In this document: one piece after another, positions 58,592 through 64,000 of the stretch
Numbering within the stretch: position 1 is the first letter of the stretch
Layout of the letters: each line of letters opens with the position of its first letter
Source: Elusimicrobiota bacterium
Lineage (GTDB): Bacteria; Elusimicrobiota; Elusimicrobia; FEN-1173
Length of the DNA: 64,000 nt
Direction of reading: 5' to 3'
Assembly (NCBI GenBank): GCA_016722575.1
Contig: JADKIY010000007.1
Location: forward strand, 5,276-69,275
The notes under the pieces: model-generated
What the model saw: only the letters and a program-made list of their open reading frames with translations
Databases searched by the model: none
Told to the model about the DNA's origin: nothing
Program-made: the position numbers and the translations under genes

Positions 58592-59788
58592 ATGGTGAAA
58601 GTCAAAGTGGGTCCCGAGCACGTCAGCCGGTTGCGCGATGGGTTGATGCGGCAATTGTTGCGCGCCCGCCTGGAAGGGAGGTCCGAACCCGAAAAGCTGC
58701 TGGAAATCGGTCGAGGGGAATTCGCCGAAGAACTCATCCGGCAAATTCCCCACCTGACGGTTTCCGCCCACGACCCCGCCCTTCGGACCGACGCCGACGT
58801 GGTCCGCCCTTTCCCCTACCCGGCCCACACGTTCGACGCGGTGTTCGCCGAGGAAGTCCTCGTGGGGTTCGATCACTTCTACCACTTGTTGGGTGAAATC
58901 GCCCGCGTGCTGCGCCCGGGCGGTGTGTTGTTCCTTTGGGATCTGAAAGCCCGCCTGCACGAATGGACGGTCCCGGAACTGATCGGCCTGCTGAAGCCGC
59001 CGCCTCCCCCGCCGCCGGCGTCGCCTCTGGACCAAGCGACGTTAAACGAGAAGCTTCACCGGGTCGAAGCGATTCCGGATTCCACGGTGGGCGTGTTCAC
59101 CTTTAAAATCGCCAAGACGCCGGTCGAACGGATGTCGATTCATCGCCTTCGCCACGCGGTCTACGTGGAAGAGATGGGTTGGGAACGGGACAACCCCGAA
59201 CACCCCGGTCTGGAAATGGACGAGATGGACCCCGTGTCCGTCCTTCTCGGGGCCTACACCTCGGACGGGGAGGCGGTCTCCACCATCCGACTGATCCTGC
59301 CTCTCGGCAAAAACCTTCCCTTTCAGAAGTATCCGGGGGGCGTCGGGGTCGCCCCGCCCGCCCCCGAGCGCATGGCCGAATTGTCGCGATTCACCACGAA
59401 GAAGGATTTCCGTCGACGGGGATCCGACGGCTTGTTTGCGCCGCTTCACGACGCGGCGACTTCCGGGGAGTCCTCCGCCGGGGTGGCGTCGGAGCGGTTG
59501 CTGATCGTCCTCGGATTGTTTCGATTGGTGTTTGAAGTCAGCGGGGTGTTGGGCCTGTCCCATTGGTTCGCTCACATGGAGAAGCGGCTGGCCCACAGCC
59601 TGAAGCGGTTGGGACTCTTTTTTGAGGAAGTGGGGCCGGAGGTCGTCTGGCCGGATTGCCGTCGACGGTTGACCTACCGCGGAGACATCGAATCGATGCA
59701 CCACCGCTGCCTGGCCCATTCCAGCGAATTGGTGGAACTCTTGACGGGACGAAAAGCCTTGGCCCCGAAACCCGGAGGTCCCGTTTGA
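58592..59788 (+). CDS. Fusion protein: class I methyltransferase-like domain, poly-Pro linker, then a LuxI-like/N-acyl amino acid synthase-like acyltransferase domain
   Basis: ATG 58592. N-terminal LLEIGRGEF...FDAVFAEEVL...LRPGGVLFL, linker KPPPPPPPASP, C-terminal IHRLRHAVYVEEMGWE...STIRLILP...AELSRFTT...GLSHWFAHMEKRLAHSLKRLG. Confidence 0.65.
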   Translation: MVKVKVGPEHVSRLRDGLMRQLLRARLEGRSEPEKLLEIGRGEFAEELIRQIPHLTVSAHDPALRTDADVVRPFPYPAHTFDAVFAEEVLVGFDHFYHLLGEIARVLRPGGVLFLWDLKARLHEWTVPELIGLLKPPPPPPPASPLDQATLNEKLHRVEAIPDSTVGVFTFKIAKTPVERMSIHRLRHAVYVEEMGWERDNPEHPGLEMDEMDPVSVLLGAYTSDGEAVSTIRLILPLGKNLPFQKYPGGVGVAPPAPERMAELSRFTTKKDFRRRGSDGLFAPLHDAATSGESSAGVASERLLIVLGLFRLVFEVSGVLGLSHWFAHMEKRLAHSLKRLGLFFEEVGPEVVWPDCRRRLTYRGDIESMHHRCLAHSSELVELLTGRKALAPKPGGPV

Positions 59789-60660
59789 CGGGCGGAGCGG
59801 GGTTCTCGCGCGACGCGGCGTTTTCCCGAACCCTCGGGTGGGTGACGGCCCCCGAGTTGGAGCGGTTAAGGACCGCCCGGGTGGCCGTGGCCGGCCTGGG
59901 GGGGGTGGGGGGCGGGCACGTCCTGGCCTTGGCGCGCCTCGGCGTCGGGCGGCTCGCGCTCGCCGATTTCGACCGTTTTGAAATTCACAACTTCAACCGC
60001 CAGTCCGGCGCCTTTTGCTCCACCGTCGGCCAAACCAAGCTCGAGGTCCTCTCCCGAATGGCCCGGGACATCAATCCGGAAATGGACCTGCGGGCGTTCC
60101 CCGACGGGGTCACCGAAACCAACGTGGACGCCTTTTTGGACGGGGTGGATCTTTACATCGACGGGCTCGATTTTTTTCAATTGGAAATACGGCGAAAGGT
60201 CTTTGCGGCCTGCCGGGCCCGCGGAATCCCGGCCGTGACCGCCGCCCCCCTGGGATTTGGAACGGCGATGATCACGTTCCTGCCGGACGGGATGAGTTTT
60301 GAATCCTATTTCCGACTGGAGGGTCGTTCGGAGCCCGAGCGCTACGCCCGCTTCTTGGTGGGTCTGTCCCCGGCTCTCCTTCACATCAAATACCTCGTGG
60401 ATCCGTTGGCGGTCGACTTTGCCCAACGGCGGGGCCCTTCCACCGGGGTCGCTTGCGAGCTTTGTTCCGCGGTGGCGGTCGCCCAAGCTCTGAAATTATT
60501 GCTGAAGCGCGGACCCGTCCGCGGCGCCCCCTGGATCCTCCAGTTCGACGCCTACCGCCAAGTGGCCCGCTGGTCCTACCGGCCCGGGGGAAACGCGAAC
60601 CCCCTGCAACGGCTTCTCATCCATCTGATTCAACGGCGACTCAAGGCGAAGGCGTTTTGA
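59785..60660 (+). CDS. ThiF/MoeB/HesA-family adenylyltransferase-like protein
   Basis: The TTG 59785 start forms a TTGA overlap with the upstream stop. It has VAVAGLGGVGGGHVLALARLGVGRLALADFDRFEIHNFNRQ. Confidence 0.7.
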   Translation: MTGGAGFSRDAAFSRTLGWVTAPELERLRTARVAVAGLGGVGGGHVLALARLGVGRLALADFDRFEIHNFNRQSGAFCSTVGQTKLEVLSRMARDINPEMDLRAFPDGVTETNVDAFLDGVDLYIDGLDFFQLEIRRKVFAACRARGIPAVTAAPLGFGTAMITFLPDGMSFESYFRLEGRSEPERYARFLVGLSPALLHIKYLVDPLAVDFAQRRGPSTGVACELCSAVAVAQALKLLLKRGPVRGAPWILQFDAYRQVARWSYRPGGNANPLQRLLIHLIQRRLKAKAF

Positions 60661-61733
60661 CCGGGCGCGGCGCGATCGATCAAGTGTTGGAGCGGGCCCG
60701 TTGGGCCCCCTCCGGCGACAACACCCAGCCGTGGCGTTTTGAGCGGGTTTCCCCCGATTCCGTTCGGATCGTCGTCCGCGACACGCGCCGCCATTGCGTG
60801 TACGATCTGGACGGTCGTCCGACCCAGTTGTCCGCCGGCGCGTTGCTCGAATCGATGTTTTTGGCCGCCGGCGCCATCGGTCGTCGGTTGGAATGGAAGC
60901 GACTGCCCTCCGGCACGGAGGAGCGCACGGTGTTGGAGGTCCGTTTGGGGGGGGCGTCGGAAAGCCCGCCCGACCCCCTTCACGCGTATCTGGAAACCCG
61001 GTCGGTTCAGCGCGGGCTCCTCCGCCCCCGTCGGCTGACCTCGGCGGAAAAAAGCCGGATTGAAAGCGCGGTGGGGGCGGACCACCGCGTCGTTTGGCTG
61101 GAGTCGGCGGTTTCCCGGTGGCGAACCGCCGTTCTGCTGTGGCGTGTGGCGCATTTTCGTCTGAGCCTCCCCGAAGCCTACGACGTGCACCGGGACGTCA
61201 TTGAATGGGGGGCCGAGGTCAGCGAAGACCGGATGCCCGACCGATCGATCGTCTCCAACGCCGCTTTGCGGTGGGCCATGCGTTTCGTCCTTAAGAGTGC
61301 GGCGCGCGTGCGGTGGTTCAACCGTTGGCTGGGGGGGGCCTGGTCCCCGGGTTTCTTGATGGATTTCCTGCCCCAGTTGGCCTGCGGCGCCCAGGTTCTT
61401 CTCCTCGCCGAACGGCCGCCGTCGACGGTGGACGATTTCCTGGAATCGGGCCGGGCGGTTCAGCGTTTTTGGCTGGCCGTTACGCGGGAAGGGCTCTGGC
61501 ACCAACCGGCTTACACGCCGATCCAATTCAATCGATACCTCCGCGAAGGCCGCGCGTTTACGGCCGACGGGGCTGTGGAGAAGCTGGCGCGCCGGTTGAA
61601 CGCCGCCTACGAACGCTGGTTGCCGACCGATCCGGCCCGGGTGGTCTGGTTGGGGCGCGTGGGGGCGGGGTCGGGGCCCCGTTTCCGTTCCCTCCGAATT
61701 CCCCTCGAACGACTCTGGAGTTCCCCGGCCTGA
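60657..61733 (+). CDS. Tandem-nitroreductase-fold protein (Acg-family FMN-binding oxidoreductase-like)
   Basis: The TTG 60657 start forms a TTGA overlap. RWAPSGDNTQPWRF is a nitroreductase signature. The ~358-aa two-lobe length fits. Confidence 0.6.
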   Translation: MTGRGAIDQVLERARWAPSGDNTQPWRFERVSPDSVRIVVRDTRRHCVYDLDGRPTQLSAGALLESMFLAAGAIGRRLEWKRLPSGTEERTVLEVRLGGASESPPDPLHAYLETRSVQRGLLRPRRLTSAEKSRIESAVGADHRVVWLESAVSRWRTAVLLWRVAHFRLSLPEAYDVHRDVIEWGAEVSEDRMPDRSIVSNAALRWAMRFVLKSAARVRWFNRWLGGAWSPGFLMDFLPQLACGAQVLLLAERPPSTVDDFLESGRAVQRFWLAVTREGLWHQPAYTPIQFNRYLREGRAFTADGAVEKLARRLNAAYERWLPTDPARVVWLGRVGAGSGPRFRSLRIPLERLWSSPA

Positions 61734-61741
61734 AAACCCTC

Positions 61742-62923
61742 TTGTTTGTGGCCGAAGGCGCCACTTTGAGCCACATCGCGCGGCCCCTGGCCTTGATCCG
61801 CGGCCTGGACCGTTCCCGATACCGACCCCTCATCGCCTGCGCTCCCTGGCACGCGAAATGGGTCCGGGCCGAGGGCCTGGACCCGTTGCCGCTCGACTGC
61901 CGCTCGAGCGAGGAATTCCTGCGGGCCCTGGAGACCGGACGGCCGGTCTTCGACCTGGACACCCTTCGGCGGTACGTGCAAAACGACCTCCGCCTCCTGG
62001 GCCGCCACCGGCCGGACCTCGTGATCGGCGATTTCCGACTTTCGCTCTCCGTGAGCGCGCGCCGCGCTCGCGTGCCCTACGCCGCGCTCGCCAACGCCCA
62101 CTGGAGCCCCGCCGGCGGGCCGCGGCCTTGGATTCGACCGGTGTTGTCGGGCTGGAATTGGCTGCCGTCCGCCGTGCTCGACGTCGTCGGCCGGGCGGCG
62201 TGGCCTCTCGTTGAGCGGCTTCACGCCGCCCCGCTGAACCGGCTTCGGCGGGAAAACGGGATGGCCCCGCTGAAGCCCGATTTGAGGTGGATTTATACGG
62301 AGGCGGACCACGTCCTCTACGCCGATCCGCCCGCCCTTTACCCCGATCTTCGGTGCCCGGACCGCCACCGGTTCCTGGGCGCGGTGCTGTGGTCTCCCGA
62401 GAAGAATCCGGCCCCGGGCCCCCGTCCGGGCCGGGAGGGCGAGCGCGTCTACGTCGCTCTCGGGAGCTCGGGCAGCCCGGGTTCGTTGGACCCTTTGCTG
62501 CGGGCGCTCGAGGAATGGCCCTGCACGGCCGTCGTCTCCACCGCGGGGGGGCCGGCCCCCTCCGGTTTTCCTCGGGCGCAATTCGCTCCCTATTGGGACG
62601 GGGGGGAACAATCCGCCGGCGCGCGTTTGGTCGTTTGCAACGGCGGCGCCGGAGCGGTTCATCAGGCGCTGGCGGTGGGCGTCCCGGTCCTCGCGGTGTG
62701 CCGGAATCTGGATCAACTGTTGTGCATGCGCGCGGTGGAAGCGGCGGGAGCGGGGCGGGTCCTTCGGGAAGATCGATTGACGGTTCAACGGATCAAGGCC
62801 GCTCTGCGCGAAATTTGGGAAAACCCGAAAATGCGGGCCGCGGCGGGGCGCCAGTCCGCCGGAATCTCCGTTCGAGAAACCGACGCGCGGTTCGGCGCGT
62901 TCCTGGAAGAGATTTTTCGTTAA
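61742..62923 (+). CDS. GT1-family (MGT/UDP-glycosyltransferase-like) glycosyltransferase; start ambiguous (CTG 61730, TTG 61742 or GTG 61748)
   Basis: N-terminus (K)TLLFVAEGATLSHIARPLALI. C-terminal nucleotide-sugar motif VVCNGGAGAVHQALAVGVPVLAV. Confidence 0.65.
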   Translation: MFVAEGATLSHIARPLALIRGLDRSRYRPLIACAPWHAKWVRAEGLDPLPLDCRSSEEFLRALETGRPVFDLDTLRRYVQNDLRLLGRHRPDLVIGDFRLSLSVSARRARVPYAALANAHWSPAGGPRPWIRPVLSGWNWLPSAVLDVVGRAAWPLVERLHAAPLNRLRRENGMAPLKPDLRWIYTEADHVLYADPPALYPDLRCPDRHRFLGAVLWSPEKNPAPGPRPGREGERVYVALGSSGSPGSLDPLLRALEEWPCTAVVSTAGGPAPSGFPRAQFAPYWDGGEQSAGARLVVCNGGAGAVHQALAVGVPVLAVCRNLDQLLCMRAVEAAGAGRVLREDRLTVQRIKAALREIWENPKMRAAAGRQSAGISVRETDARFGAFLEEIFR

Positions 62924-62932
62924 GCGGGGCGG

Positions 62933-64000
62933 TTAGAAGAAAAAGCGAATGGTCAGATACGCTTGGTCCGCGGCGTCGTAGAATCCCGCGGCCGAACTGG
63001 GGGGGCCGCCGTAAAGGTCCACGCCGGTTTCAAGCGTCACGTTGGGAATGTAATAAACGGTGACGGCCGGATTTTGGTAGTAACTTTTGTCCGCAAAATC
63101 ATAAAACCCCCGGAACGTCGGTCGAACATGGCCGCCGAACATTTCAAAGCGCAATTCCCCGCTCAACTGGGTGGTTCGCGGGTGAAGCGGGGCCAGGGTG
63201 GGATCGAAGTTCTGAATGAAAATTTGTTGCACGGCCACGTTGAGATAGCTTTTGGCCGGTCCGTTGTAGTCCACGCCGACCAAGTAACGGAGCTCGGGTT
63301 TCCGGACCTCCGTCAAGGCGGCGGAAATGTAGCTTTGACTGGACACGTAGGCCACGTCGCCTCTTAACCCCAGATCGCCCAGAACCGTTTCAAACTCCGC
63401 CCCCCAAACCTCTTCCCGAACATACCGCAGTCGAATCTTTTGGCCCGAAACGACGGCCCACTGGACCATGTCTTCCAGGGTGGGGGATCGGCCGGGCGAC
63501 GGCGGGGGGGGGATGGCAAAACCGCGAAGCGTCGGAAGATCGCGGTAGCGCGACAGATAGCTGAACGCCAGGTCGACCCGCCACAGGGAACCGGAAATTT
63601 TGACGCCTCCCGCGGCGTCGCGGAGCGTTTTGGGCCGCTCCTCCAGCGCCACGGGCAAGGGCCCGTAACGCCGCTCCAGGTGACCGAACAGCGCCCAGTC
63701 GCTCCCGTACAGCTGGATTTCGGAAGGCGTAAAGTAGGGGATGTAAATGCCTTGAACGGAAACGGCGTCCGAGTGGATGTCCAATTTGGCCATGGGCACG
63801 GGAATTTTCCGGTCGGCGCGGTCCCGGGTGAGACCCAGGCGGAGATCCTCGGGGTTCAGGTTGTCCAGGGGGCTCTGTTCGTCGGACTTGCCCCAGCGGA
63901 CGATTTGATTCCCGATCCGCAGGCCCAGATGGTCGGAGGTGAAATTGGCGTAGATGTTGTAGGGGCGCGCTTTGCCTTCCTGGATCCACTCGCCGGCGAC
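62933..64000 (-). CDS. Outer-membrane beta-barrel protein (DUF1302-like); the 5' end lies outside the window
   Basis: The frame is open to nt 64000. The N-terminal part has LRIGNQIVRWGKSDEQSPLDNLNPED. The C-terminus ends ...AYLTIRFFF, an aromatic OMP terminus. Confidence 0.6.
   Translation of the reverse strand, partial: VAGEWIQEGKARPYNIYANFTSDHLGLRIGNQIVRWGKSDEQSPLDNLNPEDLRLGLTRDRADRKIPVPMAKLDIHSDAVSVQGIYIPYFTPSEIQLYGSDWALFGHLERRYGPLPVALEERPKTLRDAAGGVKISGSLWRVDLAFSYLSRYRDLPTLRGFAIPPPPSPGRSPTLEDMVQWAVVSGQKIRLRYVREEVWGAEFETVLGDLGLRGDVAYVSSQSYISAALTEVRKPELRYLVGVDYNGPAKSYLNVAVQQIFIQNFDPTLAPLHPRTTQLSGELRFEMFGGHVRPTFRGFYDFADKSYYQNPAVTVYYIPNVTLETGVDLYGGPPSSAAGFYDAADQAYLTIRFFF

Noticed and set aside
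57209-59788. The 859-aa plus-strand ORF as a single giant gene.
   Set aside because: Only the part from ATG 58592 onward has recognisable domains. The upstream ~460 codons are antisense to the OmpA-like gene (57176-58444) and are compositionally shadow-like.

Overview
This is a GC-rich (about 65% by eye), gene-dense bacterial chromosomal window, probably from an uncultivated lineage (that guess is inference only). Recognisable housekeeping genes: dinB; the rpsP-KH-trmD-rplS-rnhB-yraN operon (minus strand); ppc; thyX-purA-carA ... carB; recR-dnaX; dCMP deaminase-msrB-ppnP; a single-polypeptide pyruvate:ferredoxin oxidoreductase; hldD; pilT; and two two-component systems, one next to an MgtA-type P-type ATPase.

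Non-core content:
- A lower-GC island at the left edge (1-4165) holds an HsdR fragment, a 51-aa RHH gene missed by the ORF track, about 0.9 kb of unassigned non-coding DNA, and a large serine recombinase. The recombinase is bracketed by ~350-bp inverted repeats that end inside tRNA-Ser(GGA). Several degenerate tRNA-Ser fragments lie nearby.
- Four type IV pilin-like paralogues share N- and C-terminal motifs. A promoterless partial pilin cassette sits between two of them.
- A ~4.2-kb gene (25060-29240) consists of about 7.7 near-identical 455-bp tandem repeats with YD/RHS-like motifs.
- A secreted protein with a T9SS-like C-terminal domain and a PorV-like barrel are inserted between carA and carB.
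- A translationally coupled four-gene operon (58592-62923) encodes a methyltransferase fused to an N-acyl-synthase-like domain, a ThiF-like enzyme, an Acg-type nitroreductase and a GT1 glycosyltransferase. It looks like an uncharacterised small-molecule pathway.

Caveat: at least seven otherwise intact genes carry single-nucleotide indels, six of them in short homopolymer or dinucleotide runs, and the tandem-repeat gene has at least eight more frame breaks. This pattern points to sequencing or polishing error rather than decay, so every pseudogene or phase-variation reading here is provisional. No rRNA genes or CRISPR arrays were seen.
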